IMG/VR virus record: IMGVR_UViG_3300017766_000528
Span: 1-29,250 of that record
Origin: a virus
Taxonomy: Duplodnaviria > Caudoviricetes
Length of the DNA: 29,250 bases
Strand: one strand, 5' to 3'
Shown: positions 1 to 6,786 of the stretch, piece by piece
Position numbering within the stretch: the stretch's first letter is position 1
Layout of the letters: the number at the start of each line of letters is the position of its first letter
Position numbers and translations under genes: made by a program
The notes under the pieces: model-generated
Told to the model about the DNA's origin: nothing
Databases searched by the model: none
Seen by the model: only the letters and a program-made list of their open reading frames with translations

Positions 1-9
1 GATACTCGG

Positions 10-74
10 GGTATACCTAGGTATCTTTCTTCTAGTCTCTATTATCTCTAGTACTAGGTATACCCTAGGTATCT
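10..74. repeat. Short imperfect direct repeat GGTATAC(C)CTAGGTATCT x2 in a CTAG/GTATAC-rich non-coding stretch
   Basis: GGTATACCTAGGTATCT at 10-26 and GGTATACCCTAGGTATCT at 57-74; several CTAG, GTAC and GTATAC palindromes; no ORF. Confidence 0.7.
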
Positions 75-105
75 ACTGGGGAATGCAATGCCTTCGGCAA
101 TGCCA

Positions 106-120
106 GTCCAATTGTTGGAC
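106..120. promoter_or_regulatory. 15-bp palindromic operator-like site, copy 1 (GTCCAA-TTG-TTGGAC)
   Basis: Identical to 357-371 and the exact reverse complement of 981-995; arms extend to CAGTCCAA/TTGGACTG (104-122). Confidence 0.65.
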
Positions 121-146
121 TGAAATCGTCTTCCAAATCGATTGAG

Positions 147-200
147 GATTAGGGAGTCTTGTCGATTAGGGAGCACGGAACTATCAGAAACGATTAGGGA
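147..200. repeat. Three direct repeats of GATTAGGGA(G)
   Basis: GATTAGGGAG at 147-156 and 164-173; GATTAGGGA at 192-200. Confidence 0.7.
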
Positions 201-310
201 TTGAAATTCAGACCCACGACCAAATTCAATTCAGTTGATGACCGGTCTCCAACGCAGGGCGGGCTATCACTCCCTATCACAAGAACTATCCCGCGCTTCG
301 CGCGGGCATG

Positions 311-348
311 AAGAAACCCCGAGACCCGCTTGCGCGAGTCTCGGGGTT
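311..348 (-). terminator. Rho-independent terminator downstream of the 376-960 gene
   Basis: Minus strand reads AACCCCGAGACTCGC-GCAA-GCGGGTCTCGGGGTT followed by TCTT: a 15-bp stem with one G-U pair and a GNRA loop, about 30 nt after the stop codon. Confidence 0.8.
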
Positions 349-356
349 CGTTGTCA

Positions 357-371
357 GTCCAATTGTTGGAC
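357..371. promoter_or_regulatory. 15-bp palindromic operator-like site, copy 2
   Basis: GTCCAATTGTTGGAC, 4 nt past the stop codon of the 376-960 gene. Confidence 0.65.
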
Positions 372-375
372 TCGG

Positions 376-960
376 TTACTTCGTCTGTGCGATACACTTC
401 GCCTTGTAGGTGGACATCGCGAGCCCCACGATCGCCTCGGCGGCAAGGACATCGCCCTTGCAGATCTTCCAGAGGCGCTCCGAGAGCATCTCGGCCAGCG
501 CGTCGGCGGGGTCGGTCTTCTTCCCATCGCCACCCGCGACGGTCTTCACCGCCTCCACCGTGCCGCCCGCCCCGATCACTTCCGCGACGAGCGCGTCGGT
601 CGCCTCGGCGTCCCCCGCGGGAGCCATCTCGGCAATGCGCAGACACACGGTGTCGGAGAGGTCGGCAGCCTTCGGGCTGGCGTTCCGCAGGTCGGTGATC
701 TTCACCGCGTTGTAGGCGCGGGACTTGCCGACGGAGGTTCCCTTGGCAGCCATCGCCTCCACGAACCAGTGCCCGAAGTTGGTGTAGCCGGCCTTGGTGT
801 GGAGTCCGGCGTTGTACGCCGTTCCAATGGCAAGGGTCAGGGCCTCCGACGCCTTCGTCGCCTTCGTGTTCGCGGCCACCATGGCCGACACAATCTTCAA
901 GTCGCTGCTGTCGAGATTCGCGAGCGGGTTCTTGGGAGTGTTCTTGGTATCCGTCTTCAT
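376..960 (-). CDS. Putative DNA-binding protein (DUF3102-like/HTH-like), probable early gene
   Basis: 194 aa; IGTAYNAGLHTKAGYTNFGHWF...SVGKSRAYNAVKI resembles the IG..L...LY...GY..F..W.....S...AY motif of DUF3102-like helical proteins; has its own promoter candidate and terminator; strongly GC-biased codons. Confidence 0.7.
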   Translation of the reverse strand: MKTDTKNTPKNPLANLDSSDLKIVSAMVAANTKATKASEALTLAIGTAYNAGLHTKAGYTNFGHWFVEAMAAKGTSVGKSRAYNAVKITDLRNASPKAADLSDTVCLRIAEMAPAGDAEATDALVAEVIGAGGTVEAVKTVAGGDGKKTDPADALAEMLSERLWKICKGDVLAAEAIVGLAMSTYKAKCIAQTK

Positions 961-980
961 TGTTCTCTACAGTCCTTTCG

Positions 981-995
981 GTCCAACAATTGGAC
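981..995. promoter_or_regulatory. 15-bp palindromic operator-like site, copy 3 (inverted: GTCCAA-CAA-TTGGAC)
   Basis: Exact reverse complement of copies 1 and 2; lies between the promoter candidate and the RBS of the 376-960 gene. Confidence 0.65.
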
Positions 996-1037
996 CCGGT
1001 TTGCGTCCCTTGGCGGAATTGCCTTGGCGACAGACAC

Positions 1038-1065
1038 AAGATACAGCCGATCTAGGATCATGCAA
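1038..1065 (-). promoter_or_regulatory. Candidate sigma-70 promoter for the 376-960 gene
   Basis: Minus strand TTGCAT-N16-TATCTT about 80 nt upstream of the ATG; the -35 overlaps the palindrome TGCAAG-TAC-CTTGCA (1061-1075). Confidence 0.45.
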
Positions 1066-1107
1066 GTACCTTGCACGGAATTCCGGTGAAATTATTTCCG
1101 CCTAGGG

Positions 1108-1196
1108 TAGGTCCGATAACAAACGGGGAGGGCGAGACATTCCCCGATGCCCACACTGGATCCGATAACGCTCTCCCCGGCCCTAGGTCCGATAAC
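1108..1196. repeat. Three direct repeats with core TCCGATAAC
   Basis: TAGGTCCGATAAC 1108-1120, TGGATCCGATAAC 1157-1169, TAGGTCCGATAAC 1184-1196. Confidence 0.75.
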
Positions 1197-1199
1197 CAG

Positions 1200-1340
1200 C
1201 TCGCCATGCGCGAATCAGCCAAAAAACTGCCCCGCCCCGTTGACAAATTGGTTTCACGCGACCGCCCCCACGGGGGGCTGCGCGGGCTTGGGTTTATATC
1301 AAACCCTCTCAGATTTTTTCTTCTGACATTTGGAACTTAA
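1200..1340. other. Probable genome-end/terminal-repeat region (non-coding, palindromic)
   Basis: Non-coding DNA after the last late gene; palindromes GCCCCC-ACG-GGGGGC (1264-1278) and GGGTTT-ATATC-AAACCC (1290-1306); position just past the terminase cluster matches where T7-like genomes end. Confidence 0.4.
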
Positions 1341-1344
1341 GCTT

Positions 1345-1476
1345 CTACTTCTTCTTCTTGATCTTCATCTTCTCGGGAAGCCGTGCCATGTTTGAAGTCT
1401 TCTTGGCCCACCGCTTGGCCACATCGGGATGCTGGGCGAACATGAACCGCTGCTGCGCTTTGGACTTGAACGGCAT
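1345..1476 (-). CDS. Small basic phage protein (MPFKS-type), absent from the ORF track
   Basis: Hand translation gives MPFKSKAQQRFMFAQHPDVAKRWAKKTSNMARLPEKMKIKKKK* (43 aa); same strand as neighbours; resembles a common small phage family beginning MPFKS.AQ. Confidence 0.8.
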   Translation of the reverse strand: MPFKSKAQQRFMFAQHPDVAKRWAKKTSNMARLPEKMKIKKKK

Positions 1477-1505
1477 GGCGTGTCTTCCAATGGCCCTAGA
1501 AGGGC

Positions 1506-1859
1506 CTACAAGGCTTCCGGACTGTCTGGCAGGGTCTGACTAGGGGGCCAGTCTCCAAGGTCTGTAATGGCTTTTTCCGGCCCTTGGCGAAGACGCTCGA
1601 CAAACCAAGGATTCTGGAAGAAGACAGCCATCAGGGAGACCTCAAGGGTACGGATCTGAGACTCATCCAGACTGAGGCCATAGATCTCAGAGATCATCTC
1701 CAGAACCTCATGGAGGATGGTACTGGTTTGTACTTCTTCCTTTAACCCAGTACTGATCTGGATTTCTGGATAAGGAAAGAAGAAGAACTCCCCAAAGTCT
1801 CCTTCTTCCATCTTCTTGACAACAATGGGAATCTTGTAGCTGTTGAACAGCAGATGCAT
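1506..1859 (-). CDS. Small zincin-like (minigluzincin-type) protein with an HExxE variant motif
   Basis: 117 aa; G.F.....EIQI...L......STILHEVLEMI...LSLDESQI pattern; start overlaps the HNH stop codon. Confidence 0.65.
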   Translation of the reverse strand: MHLLFNSYKIPIVVKKMEEGDFGEFFFFPYPEIQISTGLKEEVQTSTILHEVLEMISEIYGLSLDESQIRTLEVSLMAVFFQNPWFVERLRQGPEKAITDLGDWPPSQTLPDSPEAL

Positions 1860-2095
1860 CAGTTGCCTTTCTTCCGGTTCTGACGCCTAGACAGGATCTG
1901 AAGGTTTCGTCTGCTGTTGTTCTTTGGGTTTCCGTCCTTGTGATCCACTTCCTGTCCGTCTCCCTTTCGCACCTTTCCTTCCTTGATCATCATGCGGCGG
2001 GCCTTGTTTCGATTGGCCCGGTGCTCTCGCTGCTCCGGAGTTCCGTGGTACTCGCGGTATTCCTTCTTGTAGTCTCGGGGTTCTTTGCGGGGCAT
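1859..2095 (-). CDS. Small HNH endonuclease
   Basis: RDYKKEYREYH...RANRNKARR...KGDGQEVDHKDGNPKNNSRRNLQILSRRQNR contains the DH...N...N HNH motif. Confidence 0.85.
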   Translation of the reverse strand: MPRKEPRDYKKEYREYHGTPEQREHRANRNKARRMMIKEGKVRKGDGQEVDHKDGNPKNNSRRNLQILSRRQNRKKGN

Positions 2096-2098
2096 ATG

Positions 2099-2338
2099 TC
2101 ACCAAGCCTTGCAGGACCAGTATCGGGCTTTTGTCTTTGGACCGGGGTTGTCGCAGTTGTGTCGTGCTCGGAAGTTCTTCCTTCGACCCGGGATGTGCTT
2201 CTTGATCGTCATGTTGGGATCTCCGAACCGAACGATCTTGTTCTTGTCTCCATCCTTGACGCACACGGCTGACTTCTTTGGTCCTCCGGGGGTCTTGAAT
2301 GGGACATTCAGTTTCTTGTTTTTGCAGGGGCTTGGCAT
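2099..2338 (-). CDS. Conserved small basic phage protein (FGD...RRKNFRARHNC...YWSC family)
   Basis: 79 aa from the ATG at 2338; KKSAVCVK...IVRFGDPNMTIKK..P.RRKNFRARHNC...KARYWSCKAW, a recurrent viral family of unknown function. Confidence 0.8.
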   Translation of the reverse strand: MPSPCKNKKLNVPFKTPGGPKKSAVCVKDGDKNKIVRFGDPNMTIKKHIPGRRKNFRARHNCDNPGPKTKARYWSCKAW

Positions 2339-2514
2339 TTGAACTCCTTGCACATTTCCAAGATTTCAGGATCGACCGCTTCTTTGAGCATCCTCATAAC
2401 CCTTGCAAGAGGAATTGCCGACTTGATGTTTCCGGAATCTCGTAGGTAGTCTTCGTACAGCAGGATGGCGGAGGCTGCGAGGATCTGGATGTCATCGGAG
2501 TCATCTACATCCAT
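2308..2514 (-). CDS. Hypothetical protein
   Basis: 68 aa; start overlaps the terL 3' end; fills the gap in a tightly packed operon. Confidence 0.65.
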   Translation of the reverse strand: MDVDDSDDIQILAASAILLYEDYLRDSGNIKSAIPLARVMRMLKEAVDPEILEMCKEFKCQAPAKTRN

Positions 2515-4154
2515 ATATCCCCCTTGGGCTTATAGCCGACAGCGTGTTCCATAAATCGCTCCAGCTCCACATCGAGCATATGCTCCCGGTGCTGGGCCAT
2601 CTTTCGGTCTGCATCCTGAGCCATCTTGTCGGCCCAGAATCCCACGGCCATGCTCAAGGCATCAAGCCGGTCATCGTGAGCTAGGGATCCCTTGGCCCTG
2701 CTAATCCGACTGAGCTGCCAGATAAGTGAAAATTGAAGTGCCTTCTCGCTGGTATATGATTTGGTGGATTCGTAATCGTTTCTGATGACCCCGATGTCGA
2801 GAACCAGCCGATGCTGGCACATTACGGGTTCCAGAGTGTCGATGATCCGCCGTTCTTTCTGGATGTTGTGCCTGACCTCTTCCGTGGTGCAGGGGTAGTC
2901 CTTCATCAAGTAGGGCTTCAGGAGCTCCGTGAACATACCGTCGCCAAAGTTGGACTCAATCAGGATCAGATTGACCTTGTTGTCCTTGGCGATCTTGGTC
3001 AGCTTCCTCATCACATCCTCGCCGTACCCTCCGGCAAGACCGCCACAGGCCGTCACATACAGGAAGCCATTCAGCATCTTGACCACGCAATACGAGGTCT
3101 CATCGCCTCCACGACCCGCTGGATCGATTGCCATGATGCCACCCTCATATGGAATCCACTTGCCTTGGATCTCCATGGGGGCGTAGAAGCGGTCTCCGTT
3201 GAACCCGACGCACGGGACATCCTTGACGATGTTGTTTGGATTCATCGCCCAGATCGGCTTCTCCGGGGCATTCTCGGTGTTCAATCCAAACACGATCAGA
3301 TCGTTGATCTTCAGTGGATATCTGTCGGCATCGCTGAGGGTCGAGTCCAGCATGAACTGAAGGGCAAAGCCAGTTCGTCCATACGAGGCTTCGCGTTCCA
3401 TCAGATCCATGGCGTCGAAACGCTTGGGATCAGTAGGATCTCCCGGCTTTCCAGTCCGCAGCATCGGAGCCAAACGGTCTCCAAAGGCGACCCTGAGTCG
3501 TTCCTCTGGGAACCTAGCTGGCCATACTCGGATCTCATATCCCTTCTCCGTTAACCCGTGGTAGATGCTCTGCTCCGTCTGCGGAGTCCCTAGGTAGATG
3601 ATCTCTCCACCCGGCTTCAGGACTGCCTCGAACTCGGCAGTGCTTGCCAGCAGCTTGTCCCGCATGACGGCAGTAGCCGAGTTGTTCAGAGACTCCACAT
3701 CGTCGGCAATGATCAGGTCGCCACGGCTTCCCGTGATTTGGCTGGTGATTCCCTTTGATACGACGCTTGGAGCCTGACTTGGCGGTGCAGGACCGACATC
3801 AAAGGCGATCTTGCTGTTCCTCTGGTTGTCCCTAGGCTTCAGATGCTGGCAGAATGGGATCTCATGGATCAGCCTCAGGGTGAATGTGCTGAAGTCATCT
3901 GCCCGCTGCTTCGATGCAGACACCACCAGAACATTGAGACTGGGATCATGCAGAAGACGCCAGACTACATAGGCGCTGGTCAGCCAGCTCTTTCCCACCC
4001 CACGGAACGCCTCGATGACGCGCCTACGGGGACCCTTCTGTAGATATCTGGCGATGTCCAGCTGCACGGGAGTAGGCTCAGGAAGCCCAAGGTGATCCCA
4101 CGCAAGACAGACGAAGTTGCGGAAATCCTTGAGCTTGTCCTGAGCCTCGCTCAT
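2505..4154 (-). CDS. terL: Terminase large subunit (T7 gp19-like DNA maturase B)
   Basis: Walker A AFRGVGKS, ITGSRGDLIIADDVE Walker B, LGTPQTE, nuclease motifs IDPAGRGGDE and HDDRLDAL; ATGA overlap with terS. Confidence 0.98.
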   Translation of the reverse strand: MSEAQDKLKDFRNFVCLAWDHLGLPEPTPVQLDIARYLQKGPRRRVIEAFRGVGKSWLTSAYVVWRLLHDPSLNVLVVSASKQRADDFSTFTLRLIHEIPFCQHLKPRDNQRNSKIAFDVGPAPPSQAPSVVSKGITSQITGSRGDLIIADDVESLNNSATAVMRDKLLASTAEFEAVLKPGGEIIYLGTPQTEQSIYHGLTEKGYEIRVWPARFPEERLRVAFGDRLAPMLRTGKPGDPTDPKRFDAMDLMEREASYGRTGFALQFMLDSTLSDADRYPLKINDLIVFGLNTENAPEKPIWAMNPNNIVKDVPCVGFNGDRFYAPMEIQGKWIPYEGGIMAIDPAGRGGDETSYCVVKMLNGFLYVTACGGLAGGYGEDVMRKLTKIAKDNKVNLILIESNFGDGMFTELLKPYLMKDYPCTTEEVRHNIQKERRIIDTLEPVMCQHRLVLDIGVIRNDYESTKSYTSEKALQFSLIWQLSRISRAKGSLAHDDRLDALSMAVGFWADKMAQDADRKMAQHREHMLDVELERFMEHAVGYKPKGDIWM

Positions 4155-4360
4155 GCGGCCTCCTCCTCGTCTGGATCAAACGGCATGACCTTGGCGAGGT
4201 TGAGCAGGGGTTCGCTGTTCTTGATGGATCCATCGATCCCGTTGTCCTTCAGGAACTGACGGGCGACATTGAGATCGGCCGCATTTGCCTCTCCGGATTG
4301 AATCCGTTCCAGCAAGGCTTTACCGACGCCTTCATGAAGCTTTTTCAGGATTTCGTCCAT
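4151..4360 (-). CDS. terS: Terminase small subunit (T7 gp18-like)
   Basis: LH..V...LLERIQSGEANAADLNVARQFLKDNGI motif; directly upstream of terL; AGGAG RBS. Confidence 0.9.
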   Translation of the reverse strand: MDEILKKLHEGVGKALLERIQSGEANAADLNVARQFLKDNGIDGSIKNSEPLLNLAKVMPFDPDEEEAA

Positions 4361-4369
4361 TGTTTTCTC

Positions 4370-5203
4370 CTAACGCTTCATAAAGATGCGGATCAGTACC
4401 CACTCTACATCAATGTATGGATGGTTAGTAAGTGTTTGGGCAGCCCGAAGAGTAAGGCCCCCTTGCAATCCAGATCCCAGAGAAACAATGGTTGAGTTGT
4501 TTGGAATGTAAAGATCGTTTTCCTCGATGTGAATCACATTTCCATCAATCGAATACACGATTCTTTTTCCGCCTTCAGAAGACCAAACTCTCAAAGTGTG
4601 CCATTCGTTGCAGTTAATGTTACTGTTCACGCGATTGTAAACTTCAGTTCCGGTCTTGACTGTAGAGGTATGCGCAAACCAAGTAGTCTCGCTGTTCAAG
4701 ACCACAAAAGACGCATTTTCGGTCAGTCCTTCAGCACTGTTCAGAACATTATCTACATGGCCCGGATGCCAACCAACTCGCGGAGAAACCGTAATTGATC
4801 CCGTATTTCCATTCCGGTTGTATCGAACCCTAGTCGTAGTGTCCATCTCGAACATACCGAGATAAAGCTGGCCGTTGCTTGGAAGGAATCTGTCTGAAAT
4901 CCAAGATCGACTTACCGGTGAGACATTGTTTTTTGTCTGAATCCGGATATATCCAGAACTGCTTGGCCCGTAGGAATTGATGCGTGTGACCGGAGCTGAA
5001 CGGTCTCCATTGACGCCTTCCGTATACGGAATCGTGATCAGCATATTCCCACTTCGCGCTGCTCCTGAAGCGACCATTGAGGTATTTTGATCTTCAGGAA
5101 GCATTCCATCGCAGTAGAGACGGACACAAGACAACGGATCAAACTCTCGTTCATCGAATGGGTAGAAAGCCGCATTCTTACTAGTAAGTAGTGGCGAAAC
5201 CAT
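4370..5203 (-). CDS. Beta-sandwich (ConA/lectin-like) accessory protein, possible receptor-binding or decoration protein
   Basis: 277 aa, beta-rich; NEWHTLRV...IVYSIDGNVI resembles the LamG/ConA motif; paralogous to 5205-5969. Confidence 0.65.
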   Translation of the reverse strand: MVSPLLTSKNAAFYPFDEREFDPLSCVRLYCDGMLPEDQNTSMVASGAARSGNMLITIPYTEGVNGDRSAPVTRINSYGPSSSGYIRIQTKNNVSPVSRSWISDRFLPSNGQLYLGMFEMDTTTRVRYNRNGNTGSITVSPRVGWHPGHVDNVLNSAEGLTENASFVVLNSETTWFAHTSTVKTGTEVYNRVNSNINCNEWHTLRVWSSEGGKRIVYSIDGNVIHIEENDLYIPNNSTIVSLGSGLQGGLTLRAAQTLTNHPYIDVEWVLIRIFMKR

Positions 5204-5204
5204 C

Positions 5205-5969
5205 TCAACTCCTGTTGTGGAAATATCGGAATCGCATGAAGTCGATGGTAAGCGTTTTTGCTCCAGTCAATGTTGCCGTGGTTTGAATCTCAGCGCCGAC
5301 TGAAAAGCAATTAGCTGCCGTACTTTGTCCGTTTGTAATGCTTGGCAGACTTAAAGTTGAACGGAGAATCTCTACTCCATTCACATTCCAGATTGCCAAA
5401 TCAGCTGCTTTATTGATGTAAACATTCAAGGTGTTCCAACTTGAATTTACAACTCCGGGAGCGACCAAGCCTTCTCCAAGAAATGAATTAGCGGAGGAAA
5501 AAGCTGTCCATGTATCAGCAGTACCCGTAGCTCTAAATCCAATTCCGTAAGATGGGACCAAGACAGAAGTCGATGCAGTTGTAGTCGAGAAAAAACCAAT
5601 CCAAGGAATGCATCCTGCCGTGGCGGCTCGATCCCACTTGAGGCGAATAGTAAAGTCCATTTCCGCCACACCGGCAGCTAGCGAAAGCGTCTCGGTTGTC
5701 AGGCTGTCGCAAATCCGAGCGCGACATCCAGCAAGCATTCCGGATGTTCCTGTTATTTCGACCGTCCCGCCAAAGTTTGGATTGACTCCGTAAAAAGGTC
5801 TATATGTTGGATCGGAAAAAGCAGCAGAAGTTGCGGCAGTGATCTTCTGAAACTTCCAATCTGAATTCGCAGAATAGAAGTCGCTAAAAAGCCTTGTCGA
5901 GCTTTCTGGGCTGTATTCCGGGCCCGCAATAGGACCAAGAAGGTTGAGTGGGGCAGAGAGACGCGACAT
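5205..5969 (-). CDS. Beta-sandwich (ConA/lectin-like) accessory protein
   Basis: 254 aa, Ser/Thr/Ala-rich; SWNTLNVYIN...AIWNVNGVEI and terminal LTIDFMRF; AAGGAG RBS. Confidence 0.65.
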   Translation of the reverse strand: MSRLSAPLNLLGPIAGPEYSPESSTRLFSDFYSANSDWKFQKITAATSAAFSDPTYRPFYGVNPNFGGTVEITGTSGMLAGCRARICDSLTTETLSLAAGVAEMDFTIRLKWDRAATAGCIPWIGFFSTTTASTSVLVPSYGIGFRATGTADTWTAFSSANSFLGEGLVAPGVVNSSWNTLNVYINKAADLAIWNVNGVEILRSTLSLPSITNGQSTAANCFSVGAEIQTTATLTGAKTLTIDFMRFRYFHNRS

Positions 5970-5980
5970 TCAACGCTCCT

Positions 5981-6286
5981 TTAGAGAATTAGGTAGACCG
6001 CGATGTTTGTGCTGGTTCCCGCAGTAGTGACATTGGCCCGGATGTATGGAAACACGGCAATGTGGAATCCGGTAGTCGTGTTGACTCCAGTGGCCACATC
6101 GATCCAGTTGGTCCCATCACTGCTTCCTTCAATCTTGACCGCAGGAGTTTCAACTCCACTGGTGACAACCATCTGAACATGGCCAGTGTTGTTGCGATTG
6201 AGGGAGTCTTTTTGCAAGTTGGGGACGAACACAGCTGTCTTGGCTCCCGCCGTGGCGCTTCCGCTGTAGAGATTGATTGCTTCCAT
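5981..6286 (-). CDS. Small beta-rich virion-associated hypothetical protein
   Basis: Likely start MEAINLYSG at 6286 rather than 6364; VKIEGSSDGTNWIDV...FPYIRANVT pattern typical of small phage jelly-roll proteins. Confidence 0.7.
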   Translation of the reverse strand: MEAINLYSGSATAGAKTAVFVPNLQKDSLNRNNTGHVQMVVTSGVETPAVKIEGSSDGTNWIDVATGVNTTTGFHIAVFPYIRANVTTAGTSTNIAVYLIL

Positions 6287-6288
6287 GT

Positions 6289-6498
6289 TTAGCCTTTGAT
6301 GGGGATGATTTTGACAATGAAACCAGCGATAACAGAAATGACGGCTGCCACACCGAGCATCCAAGCCCGACTCTGCTCCAGCTCCCTGATTCGGCCTTCA
6401 AGGATCTTGAGCTCTTGTTCTTGCATCCGCAGCGATGTCATCATCGCATCGACTTTACCTTCAAGCCTACCCAAGGCAATGAGAACTTCCTCATTCAT
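6289..6498 (-). CDS. Coiled-coil plus C-terminal TM protein (XhlA/holin-like)
   Basis: 69 aa; LGRLEGKVD...RIRELEQSRAW followed by hydrophobic MLGVAAVISVIAGFIV; occupies the T7 holin position between tail fibre and terminase. Confidence 0.7.
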   Translation of the reverse strand: MNEEVLIALGRLEGKVDAMMTSLRMQEQELKILEGRIRELEQSRAWMLGVAAVISVIAGFIVKIIPIKG

Positions 6499-6776
6499 GG
6501 GTCGTACCTCAGCGCCTTGATCATGTACTTAAGACGGGCGTTTCCGCTGAGGTCGGAGATCGTCGGGACATTGAAGTTACCGCCAGATCCTCCAAAGGTC
6601 GTTCCGATCACTGCAAACAGCGCGGCATAGGTCAGCTGGCTGTAAGAAGCTCCGTTGCAGAACAACCAGCCCTTGGGAGGATTTGGGGATCCGGTGTAGA
6701 CAATGATCGCTCCGATGGGCATTTGCTGCTCATTGAATGCAGAAACAGTCATGTCGGGACTGAGTAGGTTCGGCAT
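6495..6776 (-). CDS. Phage tail collar domain protein
   Basis: PIGAIIVYTG...PKGWLFCNGASYSQLTYAALFAVIGTTFGG..GNFNVP is the tail-collar signature. Confidence 0.9.
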   Translation of the reverse strand: MPNLLSPDMTVSAFNEQQMPIGAIIVYTGSPNPPKGWLFCNGASYSQLTYAALFAVIGTTFGGSGGNFNVPTISDLSGNARLKYMIKALRYDP

Positions 6777-6786
6777 GGCTTGATCC

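Noticed and set aside
271-279. TCCCTATCA matching a tetO half-site
   Set aside because: Only 9 bp, lacks the second arm, and no TetR context; likely chance
106-995. CRISPR array or recombinase-site interpretation of the 15-bp palindromes
   Set aside because: Too short and irregularly spaced (about 250 and 620 bp) for CRISPR; the 6-3-6 geometry does not fit the usual 13-8-13 tyrosine recombinase site; no cas or integrase gene in the window
194-1105. Alternative ORFs overlapping the 376-960 gene (281 aa minus, 284 aa plus and others)
   Set aside because: They run through the terminator and repeats and have Arg/Gly-rich composition typical of off-frame reading of GC-rich DNA
1240-1270. Perfect TTGACA on the plus strand
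   Set aside because: No -10 element at 16-18 nt spacing and no credible plus-strand gene downstream
1859-2095. HNH as a homing endonuclease or intron marker
   Set aside because: Free-standing, very short, and no neighbouring gene appears interrupted
2811-3554. 247-aa plus-strand ORF inside terL, and similar antisense ORFs in portal, capsid, exonuclease and polymerase
   Set aside because: Fully antisense to well-supported conserved genes; codon-bias shadows
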